IMG/VR virus record: IMGVR_UViG_3300026154_000024
Length of the DNA stretch: 64,000 nucleotides
Reading direction: 5' to 3' (one strand)
From: an uncultured virus (IMG/VR IMGVR_UViG_3300026154_000024)
Lineage: Duplodnaviria > Heunggongvirae > Uroviricota > Caudoviricetes
Shown here: positions 1 through 10,700 of the stretch, piece by piece
Layout: each line of letters begins with the position of its first letter
How positions within the stretch are numbered: position 1 is the stretch's first letter
Translations under genes and position numbers: made by a program
The notes under the pieces: generated by a model
Seen by the model: only the letters and a program-made list of their open reading frames with translations
Databases searched by the model: none
Told to the model about the DNA's origin: nothing

Positions 1-561
1 AAGAAGGTTAAGCGTTTGCAGCGTTCTCTCTCCAAGAAAGCCAAAGGTTCTAAGAACAGGGAACGTGCAAGGCTCAAACTCGCAAGGGCGCATGAAAGAG
101 TTTCCAATCAGAGGAATGATTTTCTCCACAAGGTTACGCATGACTTGGTATCGCAGTATGACACTATCTGTCTTGAAACGCTCACCGCAAGCAACATGGT
201 GAAGAACCATCACCTTGCGCAAGCTCTCGAAGACATTGCCATACACCGTTTCAACACCTTGCTTGAATACAAGGCGAAGGAGAATGGTGTGAACATTCTG
301 CGAATCGGAAGGTTTGAGCCTTCTTCCAAGATGTGTACGTGCGGTTATATCAACCATAATCTAACTCTTTCTATGCGACGCTGGACTTGTCCTGCTTGCG
401 GAGCTACCCATGACAGGGATTTGCTCGCTGCTAACAATATTAAGCGTTTTGCGTTTCACAATATACATACCGCTGGAACGGCGGAAATTAAAGCGTGTGG
501 AGACATGAGCAAGGATGCTTGCGCAGCCCACGAAGCCCATGAGTCTTTAGCTCATGGGTAG
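1..561 (+). mobile_element. tnpB: IS200/IS605-family TnpB RNA-guided nuclease, 3' part (5' end outside window)
   Basis: KGSKNRERARLKLAR..QRNDFLHK, RuvC-II ICLETL, zinc ribbon PSSKMCTCG..WTCPACG, RuvC-III HDRDLLAANNI. Confidence 0.93.
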
Positions 562-566
562 TTCAC
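532..566 (+). mobile_element. IS605-type right end / omegaRNA 3' hairpin ending in TCAC
   Basis: GAAG-CCCATGAG(536-543)-TCTTTAG-CTCATGGG(551-558)-TAGTTCAC overlapping the tnpB stop. Confidence 0.8.
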
Positions 567-666
567 TACCATCAATAAACATCAACATACATTCACATGA
601 AGTTGAATTTGAATGGTTATGCCTTGGTCTATACGCATCAAAGACTAAAAACAAATATGAATAAAT

Positions 667-1416
667 ATGAGACATGAAAAGAAACTCGACATCATCGGCG
701 GCGTAGAGGTTGCCGATGATATTAAGCACCGTGTTCAAACAACAGGTGTACGTGGGCTTGATTTTGAAAAAGCCAAAGAATTAGGCGTATTCCAACGTAT
801 AGCCAACTTGCTTTGTGTTACACATGCAAGCGTTATGGCCGCGTATTTCATTTATGGCGGCGTAGATTACCTTATCGACCAACTAAACGCACGTAAAAAC
901 GAAATTGCGCGTGAAATGAATATGTTTGATAAGGCTTTCGACCGCTTTGTTAAGTTTTGGACGGGCTACTATGCACATGGCACATCAGGACGCGAAGCGA
1001 GTTATGAAGCCGAGCGTCTTTACCACAAAATCATGGAATGGATGCAAATGCCCGAAAATTGGCAATTAGGCGAGGAGCAAAGAACAAAATCATTACGTGA
1101 TGGTTGCATAAGAATCGACCTACCAGATGATAAGGTTTTCACTTTCTATAAAGCGGAACTAAATCACGAACTTGTAGGCGAACCACAGGAAACTTGGGGT
1201 GTCTTTTGCTATGACCCTAAAACTGGCAAACAGACAAGCGTAAACACCGATATGGATAAGGCATCGGCATTGATGGTTGCCAAACGTCTTAGCGACGAAA
1301 ACCCCGACAACATCTATTCCGCGTCTATTATCCGTGACTTGGTGGAAAAGCGAACCGAGGTAATGCCGTTCAAAGCCTTTAAGGGTAATGAAACGGTAGG
1401 TAAAATAACACAATAA
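667..1416 (+). CDS. hypothetical phage protein
   Basis: 249-aa ORF, AT-rich upstream, in operon. Confidence 0.7.
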   Translation: MRHEKKLDIIGGVEVADDIKHRVQTTGVRGLDFEKAKELGVFQRIANLLCVTHASVMAAYFIYGGVDYLIDQLNARKNEIAREMNMFDKAFDRFVKFWTGYYAHGTSGREASYEAERLYHKIMEWMQMPENWQLGEEQRTKSLRDGCIRIDLPDDKVFTFYKAELNHELVGEPQETWGVFCYDPKTGKQTSVNTDMDKASALMVAKRLSDENPDNIYSASIIRDLVEKRTEVMPFKAFKGNETVGKITQ

Positions 1417-1428
1417 ATTCAAAACATC

Positions 1429-2571
1429 ATGGTTAAGATTTTTGCATCTATCATCGAGGACGAGGCCAAAGAACAAATAAATGAAATGGCCAAAGTCTAT
1501 GACGATTCCGAAATCCGCATTATGCCTGACGTTCATGCAGGAAAGGGGTGTACTATCGGTTCTGTAATCAAAGTTACGGATAAGGTAGTGCCGAACACGG
1601 TAGGAGTTGATATTGGGTGTGGTATGCTTGTTGCAGACTTAGGCAAGGTACACATTGACTTGGCCGCTTTGGATTATGTCATCAACAAACATATTCCGAG
1701 TGGTATGACAGTAAACGACAAACCAAAATCAACGTTTGAAAACAACTTTATCGCAAGAATAACTAATTGGGATTATATCCAACGTTCAATTGGTTCTTTT
1801 GGTGGTGGAAACCATTTTATCGAAGTAGATGTAGATGACGAAGGAAATTCATATCTTGTAATCCATTCTGGTAGCCGAAATCTTGGTGTGCTTGTTTGCG
1901 ACTATTGGCAAGACGTTGCAATACGCTCGATGACAAGAACGGATGACGGCGAACTAAAGGCCGCTATCGAAAAGATGAAGGCCGAAGGACGGCAAAAAGA
2001 AATACCGTCCATGATAGCCGAAATGAAAAAGCCAAAGTTTAAGAAAGAACTTGCTTATCTTGTAGGCGACGATATGCGGAACTATCTACATGATATGGAA
2101 CTTGCTCAAATATACGCATCACGTAACCGTTTCAAAATCCTCGAAACCATTTGTGAACACATGGGATTAAAGATTGTTGACACGTTTACGACAATACACA
2201 ACTACATCGACCAAGACGGTATAATCCGCAAGGGTGCAGTTTCCGCACGTAAAGGCGAAAAGTTGCTGATACCAATCAATATGAAAGACGGCTCTTTGAT
2301 TTGCGTTGGTAAGGGCAATCCCGATTGGTTGTGTTCTGCGCCACACGGTGCAGGGCGTATCATGTCACGGGCGCAAGCACGTAAGACGTTGACAATGGAG
2401 GAATTTTCGGAAAAGATGGATGGTATATTTTCCACATCGATATGTCCGCAAACCATTGACGAGGCACCAATGGCATACAAGCCTATCGACGTTATCTTGA
2501 ATGACATCAAGGATACTGTTGATATAGTGAAAGAAATCAAACCTATTTATAATTTTAAAGCAAAGAATTAA
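1429..2571 (+). CDS. rtcB: RtcB-family RNA ligase (tRNA/RNA repair)
   Basis: PDVHAGKG, VGVDIGCG, GGGNHFIE, HSGSR, HNY, RKGA, SAPHGAGR, DEAPMAYK motifs. Confidence 0.95.
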   Translation: MVKIFASIIEDEAKEQINEMAKVYDDSEIRIMPDVHAGKGCTIGSVIKVTDKVVPNTVGVDIGCGMLVADLGKVHIDLAALDYVINKHIPSGMTVNDKPKSTFENNFIARITNWDYIQRSIGSFGGGNHFIEVDVDDEGNSYLVIHSGSRNLGVLVCDYWQDVAIRSMTRTDDGELKAAIEKMKAEGRQKEIPSMIAEMKKPKFKKELAYLVGDDMRNYLHDMELAQIYASRNRFKILETICEHMGLKIVDTFTTIHNYIDQDGIIRKGAVSARKGEKLLIPINMKDGSLICVGKGNPDWLCSAPHGAGRIMSRAQARKTLTMEEFSEKMDGIFSTSICPQTIDEAPMAYKPIDVILNDIKDTVDIVKEIKPIYNFKAKN

Positions 2572-2572
2572 C

Positions 2573-3208
2573 ATGCTTAATATCAGTAATATCAAAGTCT
2601 ATGATTTGAAAGAATCAGTCATAGCAAGCCGCAATGCCATGCGGACGGAAATGCCTGAATACACCGACGAAGAGTTTAATAACTCATTGCCAAGGGCTAT
2701 ATCGCTTGCAAAATGTGGTGGCGGTAGTGGTCATAGTAATTTTAGAAAAGGGATAAGGGTTTCTTTTGACATAAAATACCCGAACTATTTCAGTCCAGAA
2801 CTACAACGTTACCATTTCTTTGATATTGTAACGTCATCAAGTAAGATGCACAAACTTACATCTATGGATATGGATGCTTGCTTTAACGAGTATGTCACAC
2901 AGGAAAGCAAAGACCAAATGAAACGTTTGCTTGATGACTATTCAAAGGCAGAAACAAACGATGACAAGTACACGTGTTTCATGCGGCTTTTGTCTAACTG
3001 TCCGCAAGGTATAGAGTTGTTTATGCGCGTCACAACTAATTACGAACAACTTGCTACCATCTATCGCCAACGTCGCAACCATAAGCTAAAGGAATGGCAT
3101 ATCTTTTGCAAGATGATTGAATCGTTACCTTTCGCACACCAACTTATCATTGGTGACAAGACCACGATTGATAGTGCAGAGTTCAACCGTGAAATGGCAA
3201 AACTATGA
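2573..3208 (+). CDS. divergent ThyX-like (flavin-dependent thymidylate synthase fold) phage protein
   Basis: GHSNF..I.VSFDI..P....ELQRYH..S.SKMH and TNYEQL..IY.QRRNHKL.EW layout; canonical RHR motif replaced by RYH. Confidence 0.6.
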   Translation: MLNISNIKVYDLKESVIASRNAMRTEMPEYTDEEFNNSLPRAISLAKCGGGSGHSNFRKGIRVSFDIKYPNYFSPELQRYHFFDIVTSSSKMHKLTSMDMDACFNEYVTQESKDQMKRLLDDYSKAETNDDKYTCFMRLLSNCPQGIELFMRVTTNYEQLATIYRQRRNHKLKEWHIFCKMIESLPFAHQLIIGDKTTIDSAEFNREMAKL

Positions 3209-3441
3209 ACGAAACTAACTGGGTATCTCAAAGTGCAAGTCCTACGGTTACGGAAAGTGACCGTAGAGGATTGGAAAAAGCGCATCGTTATGAAAACGAG
3301 ATGTTAAAGAATGGCTATCGTTGGCACACCATCAATTCACGTACAAAAATATTGGTAGAGTGCGATAAAGACGGCAATCCCACGCAAAGGGGAAAGCAAC
3401 AAATCAAGAGGGCGCAGGAAAATTGTGGCACGATGAAATAG
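3205..3441 (+). CDS. hypothetical protein
   Basis: 78-aa ORF overlapping previous stop (ATGA). Confidence 0.6.
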   Translation: MNETNWVSQSASPTVTESDRRGLEKAHRYENEMLKNGYRWHTINSRTKILVECDKDGNPTQRGKQQIKRAQENCGTMK

Positions 3442-3484
3442 TTAAATATTTCAAATTGTTTTGCATATTTCAAAAAGTATTTTG

Positions 3485-3492
3485 TATCTTTG
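3485..3492 (+). promoter_or_regulatory. Bacteroidota sigma -7 promoter element TATCTTTG
   Basis: TAnnTTTG with upstream TTTG, intergenic; same motif at 4242, 5336, 7262, 12037, 15879, 34189, 45905, 62292 (+) and 18308, 28296, 34073, 50641, 59297, 61099 (-). Confidence 0.75.
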
Positions 3493-3534
3493 CACCAAGT
3501 TTTTTGAATATTAACATTTTAAACAAGAAAAAAT

Positions 3535-4071
3535 ATGGGAATTAGATTTGAAAAAGAAGTTTGTAATTACTTGAACATACCAAGTATTCCTTTAAAAGAG
3601 TGGAACAAAAAAGATTCATTTAAAGACGGCGTTGCAATAACAAAACTTTTGTTGGGCGATTTGGCTTATGCCGTTTGCACGTTCAATGCCGACACGGACA
3701 AAGAGCCACGTATCAAGAAAGTATTTGCCGAGGAACGTTTCAGTGGTATAGACAAGATTTTTGTTGTGCCGTCGTACATGGACACAAATGACATCGAAAA
3801 TGCCGACCTTGACGAACAATCAAAGGAAGCTGCCGAGCGACTTGCACAAGAAACCGAGGAACTTGCCGAAACGCCCGAAAATGAGGAAAAGGTCGAAATG
3901 CCAGAAAACGAGTATTTCTTTGACCAAATCCACAATGACGACGAGGCAATTGCTTTCATAACTGCCTATAATCGTGACAACAACATTCGTGGTGCTGTTC
4001 CATCAAAGCACGAAACAATTGTTATGCGTTTGGGAGTTATCTATAACGAATTGCAAAAGAAAAATAAGTGA
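3535..4071 (+). CDS. hypothetical acidic protein
   Basis: 178-aa ORF downstream of promoter. Confidence 0.7.
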   Translation: MGIRFEKEVCNYLNIPSIPLKEWNKKDSFKDGVAITKLLLGDLAYAVCTFNADTDKEPRIKKVFAEERFSGIDKIFVVPSYMDTNDIENADLDEQSKEAAERLAQETEELAETPENEEKVEMPENEYFFDQIHNDDEAIAFITAYNRDNNIRGAVPSKHETIVMRLGVIYNELQKKNK

Positions 4072-4202
4072 TGTTTGGTGGTTACGAATACCACAAACTA
4101 AAGGCACAATTGGCAATCTTGGAAGATGTTGCGAAAGAATATCCGACTTCTTCTGTGTCAAATGCCATACAACAAATAAAGTCACGAATTAAACATATAT
4201 AA
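4071..4202 (+). CDS. small hypothetical protein (43 aa, MFGGYEYHKLKAQL...)
   Basis: ATG overlaps previous TGA; read manually. Confidence 0.5.
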   Translation: MFGGYEYHKLKAQLAILEDVAKEYPTSSVSNAIQQIKSRIKHI

Positions 4203-4253
4203 GAAAATTCGTAAAATATTTGGTATTTTTGTTTTTCTTTGTACCTTTGCAAA

Positions 4254-4347
4254 GTGGGATAGAAAGGAGTAATTAACCTTTTGAAAGGGTATGCCGAAAG
4301 CCTTGCCCACCTTTGCAATTTTTCGGCTTATTAAATTTCGGAAAAAA
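4254..4347 (+). ncRNA. structured endonuclease-leader RNA, copy 1
   Basis: GTGGG-ATAG-AAAGG/CCTTT-TGAA-AGGGT(ATGCCGAAA)GCCTT-G-CCCAC; loop GCCGAAA complementary to TTTCGGC 4321-4327 and TTTCGG 4336-4341. Confidence 0.75.
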
Positions 4348-5304
4348 ATGCCCAACAAACTAACAATAGAAGAATTTATATCACGTGCTCGCAAGATACA
4401 CGGGAATAAGTATAATTATTCTAAAGTCAAATACATAAATCGTACCACAAAGGTTTGCATAATTTGCCCCAAGCATGGAGAATTCTATCAAACCCCAAAT
4501 GGGCATTTTTATATGGTTGTCAACAATGTTTTTTTGACAGAAATAGAATCAATAAAATAGCAAAAAAGAAAACATCAAAAGAATTTGTTGATAATGCTAT
4601 TGGTATTCACGGAGATAAATATGACTATTCTAAAACGGAATATATAAATGCAAAAACAAAAGTTTGCATAACGTGTCCAGAACATGGAGACTTTTGGCAA
4701 TTGCCTTATATTCATACAAAAGGCATTGGTTGTCCTACTTGTGGATATGAAAAAGCGTCTAAGAGCAAAACAAAAACAACAGAAGATTTTATTAAAAAAG
4801 CAAAATCTATTCATGGTGATAGGTATGATTATTCTCTTGTTGATTATAAGAGTTGTTTTTCCAAAGTTCAAATTATTTGCCCTATTCATGGAATTTTTTT
4901 TCAAACTCCTGATAGGCATTTAAGTGGCTGTGGATGCCCAGTATGTAACAATTCAAGGGGGGGGAAAAAGAATAAATGATTTTCTTGAAACAAACAGGAT
5001 AAAAAATATAAAACAATACAGCATAATAAATGACATTCTTTTCTGTTCAAATAAAAGGTTTTTGGTCGATTTCTATTTGCCAAGCAATAATATTATTATT
5101 GAATATAATGGCATACAACACTACAAACAAAAAGAATATTTTGGGGGCGACAATGCACTTGAGCAACAACAAGAGCGCGATATGGCTTTGCGTCAATATT
5201 GCAAGGAACACAATATAAAACTTATCGAAATACCATATTGGGATTATGACAATATAGAAACTATACTTAATAAAGAATTAGACATAAATAAAGTTAAAAA
5301 GTAG
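4348..5304 (+). pseudogene. homing-endonuclease-like gene: three HG(D/N)(K/R)Y(D/N)YS..CPxHG zinc repeats + C-terminal PD-(D/E)XK nuclease; split by two compensating 1-nt frameshifts
   Basis: Repeats continue across three ORFs; VDFYLP..IIEYNGIQHY..LIEIPYW at C-term; indels in T-run ~4506-4510 and G8 run 4957-4964. Confidence 0.8.
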
Positions 5305-5370
5305 CGGTGTTTTTTGAATATTGCAAATAAATGACTATCTTTGCACCGTTATAATTTAAAAAATAAATAT

Positions 5371-6069
5371 ATGGAAGTTTCAATGAATAACAGGCAAAGC
5401 AAAAAACCAACAAATGCTCAACTTGAAAAGCGTTTAAAGTGTGCTCTTTTGCACATTGACAAAACAAAGGATACAAAGTCAATCTACTTTGACGATAAAG
5501 GTCTTAGGCTTACAATTAACGAAGATTGGGCAATAATTGCAACTGGTGCTCATCAACATGTGTTTAGAAGTGTAACTGTTGCAGGCATAAGCAGACCGTA
5601 CCTTTACACACAAAAGTTTGTAGAAATTGCGCTTGCTAATGATAGCACGTGGAAAGATGAAAAGGGGCAGGTTAGGCGTTCTTATTCCAAGTTATTTGAA
5701 ATCATTAAAAACAAAGAGGATAAGACCGAGTACAATATGTGCTGGTATGTTGACCTGTGGCTTAACAACATCTTTTCTCCGTTGTATTCTATCGACGAAA
5801 CCGAGATTGCATCGTTCCTTGTCTATGAACAATACTTGCACAACGTTGCGCGTTCACAAGTCATTCTTTCGGAACATACCGAGGATATGACTAACCTGCA
5901 ATTCGTTGATGCACTTATCGACAACGAAAAGAAATACTTGGAGGGCATGAAAGAGGCGGTCATCATTCACAAAAAGACCGACGAGGAAAAGACCCAAGAA
6001 GAGGTTGCGGCCTTACAAGAGGCTATGGTGCAAGAAAACCAAGGGGAGGGCGTAGGCGATGGAAAATAA
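5371..6069 (+). CDS. hypothetical protein
   Basis: Long ORF after promoter 5336; ATG start chosen over TTG. Confidence 0.7.
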   Translation: MEVSMNNRQSKKPTNAQLEKRLKCALLHIDKTKDTKSIYFDDKGLRLTINEDWAIIATGAHQHVFRSVTVAGISRPYLYTQKFVEIALANDSTWKDEKGQVRRSYSKLFEIIKNKEDKTEYNMCWYVDLWLNNIFSPLYSIDETEIASFLVYEQYLHNVARSQVILSEHTEDMTNLQFVDALIDNEKKYLEGMKEAVIIHKKTDEEKTQEEVAALQEAMVQENQGEGVGDGK

Positions 6070-6214
6070 TCAAGAAAAATGGGTTAGTGTTTCTACGCTT
6101 GCAAAAAGACTTGGCTGTACAAAACAAACAATATACAACCACCTGAAGCAAGGAAAGTACGAATACAAAACATTTGAAAGAGGGTCTATGCGAGGTTTGC
6201 TTATTAAAGTATGA
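6059..6214 (+). CDS. small HTH DNA-binding protein (excisionase/AlpA-like)
   Basis: WVSVSTLAKRLGCTKQTIYNHLKQGK; read manually. Confidence 0.7.
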   Translation: MENNQEKWVSVSTLAKRLGCTKQTIYNHLKQGKYEYKTFERGSMRGLLIKV

Positions 6215-6218
6215 TAAA

Positions 6219-6644
6219 ATGGCTTACAAAGTAAACAATGCAGTAAAACGAAACATCAAGAAAAAATTTAAAGATGCCGTTAATGGCTATCTTTTGGAAC
6301 TATGCAATATGTGGGAACTTGACCCCACAAATGGCTGGTTTGTTGGAGACGAAGTCGGTGACGTTTGGTGCTATGGTGACAATATCTTTATTGGTTTCGA
6401 CGATATGCGCTACGTTGTAGAGAATGATGTTTCTTACGAAACCTACCAAGAATGGCAGGAATATTGTGTTTGGGCTAACGAATTTAATCAAGACACACCA
6501 AATCTTAACGCATGGTGCAAGGGTTGTCCGCGTGTTGATAAAGAAACACAAAAGAAACTTTCTGCCATGAAAAGCGATTTGATTAAGGCGTGTTTAGACG
6601 AAAAGGAAAAAATCAAGAACAATGGCAAGGAAAAGCCGTATTAA
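6219..6644 (+). CDS. hypothetical protein
   Basis: ORF in operon, MAYKVNN start. Confidence 0.7.
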   Translation: MAYKVNNAVKRNIKKKFKDAVNGYLLELCNMWELDPTNGWFVGDEVGDVWCYGDNIFIGFDDMRYVVENDVSYETYQEWQEYCVWANEFNQDTPNLNAWCKGCPRVDKETQKKLSAMKSDLIKACLDEKEKIKNNGKEKPY

Positions 6645-6819
6645 AACAAAATCGAGAAAGCGCGTTAAGGGTAAGGTAAAACTTACCCAACGTGCTCGTA
6701 TTGTTGAAAAGAACGATGATACAAGGGTAGCAAGACGTGATACGTTAAAGAAAGCACCTGTAAAAACCGTGTTACCTACGAATGGTATCACGTTTAAGGT
6801 TAAAATTCGCAAGAAATGA
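6622..6819 (+). CDS. small, highly basic protein
   Basis: 65 aa K/R-rich. Confidence 0.55.
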   Translation: MARKSRIKTKSRKRVKGKVKLTQRARIVEKNDDTRVARRDTLKKAPVKTVLPTNGITFKVKIRKK

Positions 6820-7237
6820 ATTTGGTTTATAAATCAAGAATAGGACTGATACGCTTTGCAAAAGTGTTTCCGTTCTTACTTTGCTTTATTGTACTTATTT
6901 CTTTATCAGAAACGCTATTTGCTTTGGTTATAAGCGACTTTGTTGTGTTCGATGGTGGTATTACACTAAACACTCCTTTGCGTGGTTTATAGGCGAAAAA
7001 TACGAAATTGGAATCTATTCGGTATTATTAGCAATATTTTTGTCTATCGCTTTTGAAACTTGCATTTGGAATAAAACAAGTGAAGTTTATTTGCTTGTAT
7101 TACTAAAACAACAAACGTACTTTCCAACAATAGAACTATACATCGAATACATCTATGCAATTTGCATTGCAAACATACTTATTTGTACCTTATTTTGCTA
7201 CAAAGGAATAACTATTTTCTTAAAAAGTGCAAAATAA
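6816..7237 (+). pseudogene. multi-pass membrane protein with a 1-nt frameshift at ~6977
   Basis: MNLVYKSRIGLIRFAKVFPFLLCFIVLISL... joins FAWFIGEKYEIG... if one T is added to the CCTTTG run. Confidence 0.55.
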
Positions 7238-7271
7238 TTTGGTATATCAAAATATTGTGCGTACCTTTGCA

Positions 7272-7710
7272 TCGTTGAAACAAGGTAGCCGACTTGTAGT
7301 AAACGGACTTATTAGATACATTGTTAGGCTATAAGCCGAGCCAATATATATAAAATTTCCAACAGGTGCGGCTACATCGGTTGGAATTTTTGTTTGTACA
7401 TGGTTCGGCTTTTCTTGTTTTCAACAAAAAGACATAGGGTTCAAACAGTGCAGTCCCGTTGAGGTTAGCCGCTCATATATAAAACTGCTTCTTTACACGA
7501 ATATATGTCTGATTAGATAGGTTGGTAGAGGTAAAATCCCGCAATGTCCGAAACCTGACAACGGGTGCTTATGCCGAAAGGTTAAACCAATATCAATGAA
7601 ACACAACACGGAAAGCATACGTGTCTATGAAAGGCAGTAACCCGACTACAAAGGCTGTAAACGTAGAAACAATCGGGTGAAACACGCTTATTTTATACAT
7701 AAGCATAAAG
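7272..7710 (+). ncRNA. candidate large structured non-coding RNA / leader
   Basis: ORF-free, starts right after promoter 7262-7269; nested long-range helices and complementary loops (see findings). Confidence 0.55.
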
Positions 7711-7774
7711 GTTTTAGTGAAAGTAATAATTGAAATATTTAAATCACAAATAACAAGAAATAACAAGAAAGGTT

Positions 7775-10700
7775 ATGACAGAACAAGAAGTTAAAGATTA
7801 CAATGCGTTTTTGGAACAAAAAAAACAAACTCGCATCGAAAGCGGATTTCAAGTCGAAGAAAGCGAACTTAATCCGATGTTGTTTGATTTTCAAAAGTAT
7901 TGCGTCCGACGTGCATTGCAATCTGGAAAGTTTGCTATGTTCGAGGACTGCGGTTTAGGTAAAGAACAGCCTTATAGCGAGCCAGTTTTAACGCCTAATG
8001 GGTACGCTCTTATGGGCGACTTAAAAGTTGGTGACTTTGTTGTTGCAAGGAATGGTAAACCGACACGAATTCTTAACATCTACGAACAAGGAGAAAAAAA
8101 CGTTTACCGTGTAACGTTTAGTGACGGAACATCTACAAGATGCGGGCTTGAACACTTATGGAACGTCAAGACGCTTAACGACGTAAGCCGTAAGCGTGGT
8201 TACAGAACTTTGCCGCTTAAAGACATTATGAAGAATTACGTCACGGAAAGAATTGATAATAGATACCCCGACAAAAAGAGAAAGGCGTACAACTATTCTG
8301 TTCCTGTTTGTGACGCAGTTGTGTTTGCTAATAACGGCGGCGTAACAATTAATCCGTATATCCTTGGCGTTATAATTGGTGATGGGTGTATATCACAACA
8401 CTCCGTAAGTATTAGCAAGCCGAATCGAGAATTAAGACAAAAGGTTCAGTCACTTGTTCAGAATGGCGATATTGTTACAGACTTTGCAAGCGATGGCATG
8501 ACTTTCAGAATCTCAAATAAAGTAAGCAATCAGCCGTCGTGGACTAAATGTGAGTTAGAAAAGTTGGGTTTGATGGGAAAACTCTCAAAGGAAAAGTTTA
8601 TTCCAAATCCGTACCTTTACGCTTCCGTACAAGACAGAAAAGACTTGCTGCAAGGACTTGTTGACACTGACGGGCATATAGTTTCCGACGGGTTGATTGA
8701 GTATTCAACGGCATCATCGCAACTTTGCAACGATGTTTCTTTCTTAGCCCGTTCGCTTGGTTACATTGTGCATGTCGTTGCACGCAAGTCGTATTATAAA
8801 AAGGGCGGCGAAATGTTTGACAACTACCGTATCTATATGTACAACGACAAAGCAAGAAAACTCAAAAGCATTACAAACATTGAGTTGGTCGGCAAAGAAA
8901 AGTGCCGTTGCATCTATGTTGATGACACAGAGCATTTGTATATTACAAACGACTTTGTTGTGACGCATAACACAGTTCAGCAGTTGGAATGGGCTAACAA
9001 AGTGGTTAATCACATCAATAAGCCCGTGTTAATACTCGCTCCTTTGGCGGTTGTTTCACAAACCATCAAAGAAGGCGAAAAGTTTGGTTATAATGTAAAC
9101 GAAGTTATAGACCGCGATGATGTGTTTACGCCAAATGAAAACTGTATTTACATAACCAACTACGACAACATGGAACACGTGGATGCAAAAGCATTTGGTG
9201 GTATTGTGCTTGATGAAAGTTCTATCCTAAAGAATTTTCAAGGAAAGACAAGAACAAAACTTATCGAGGATTTTAGAAACACACCTTATAAATTGGCTTG
9301 TACTGCAACACCCAGCCCAAATGATACAACGGAAATTTGCAACCACGCAGAGTTTCTTGATGTTATGTCACGAAACGAAATGCTTGCGATGTATTTTGTG
9401 CATGATGGTGGTAGTACAAGCGAATGGCGGTTAAAAGGTCACGCAATACAAGCGTTTTGGGATTTTGTATCAACGTGGGCTGTAATGCTTAACAAACCGT
9501 CTGATATTGGATATAATGATAGCGGATATTCTTTGCCACCGTTGAATGTGGTGCAAGAAATTGTTGAAACTCCCAAACGTGACAATGGGATGCTATTTAA
9601 CACTATGGCCGTAAACGCTACCGATTTTCACAAGGAATTGCGCGAAACATACGAAATACGTCTAAATCGTGTTGTAGAGATTGTGAACGCACACCCACAA
9701 GAAAACTTTATCATTTGGATTGGTCAAGACAACGAGGGTAAATATCTGCGTGACCGTTTGCCAGATGCGATAGAGGTAAAAGGTAGTGATAGTAAGGCAT
9801 ACAAAAAAGAAAAGTTACTTGGTTTTGGTCGTGGTGAATTTCGCTTGCTTATTACCAAACTAAAGATTGCTCAATTTGGATTGAACTATCAAAATTGCCA
9901 TAACCAAATATATGCGTCTTTGGACTTTTCATTTGAGGCAACATATCAAGGCATACGCCGCTCGTATCGCTTTGGGCAGACCAAGAAAGTGAACATTTAT
10001 CTTATCACTACAGATACAATGCAAAACGTAAAAGATAGTTTTGATAAGAAACAAAAGGCTTTTGTTAGTATGCAAACATCAATGACGGAGGCGACAAATC
10101 GTAACATAAAAAACATATTATCATTAAAGAAAATGGAAACAACAAAACAATACACGTCCGACGTGTGCGATATTCGCCTTGGCGATTGTGTTCAACTTAT
10201 CCAAACAATACCAGACGAAAGCGTTGGGTTCTCGATTTTCTCACCTCCTTTTGCGGAACTTTATACCTATTCCGACAAATTAGAGGATATGGGAAATTCA
10301 AAGGATTACAATGAGTTTTTTGCGGCTTTCAAGTATCTTGTTAAGGAATTATACCGCGTGATGTGGTCAGGTAGAAACGTTGTGGTGCATTGCATGGATT
10401 TGCCTATTCAAAAAGGCAAGGAGGGTTACATCGGATTGCGAGATTTTAGTGGCATGATTTTGAAAGCATTTGAAGATGTGGGATTTGTTTATCACAGCCG
10501 TGTAACGATATGGAAAAACCCTGTTACTGAAATGCAACGTACAAAAGCACTTGGACTGTTGCACAAACAGGTAAAAAAGGATGCAAGCATGAGCCGCGTT
10601 GGCATCCCCGATTATCTTATGGTTTTCCGCAAAGATGGTGAACATCTACACCCAGTGCAATGCAACATTTCTGTAGATACGTGGCAAAAATACGCAAGCC

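Noticed and set aside
1..561. Cas12f CRISPR effector
   Set aside because: Has an IS605-type right end and no array; ordinary TnpB is simpler.
4254..4310. Leader RNAs as hammerhead or theta/HDV ribozymes
   Set aside because: No CUGANGA/GAAA core and no HDV-type nested double pseudoknot recognisable; self-cleavage remains untested.
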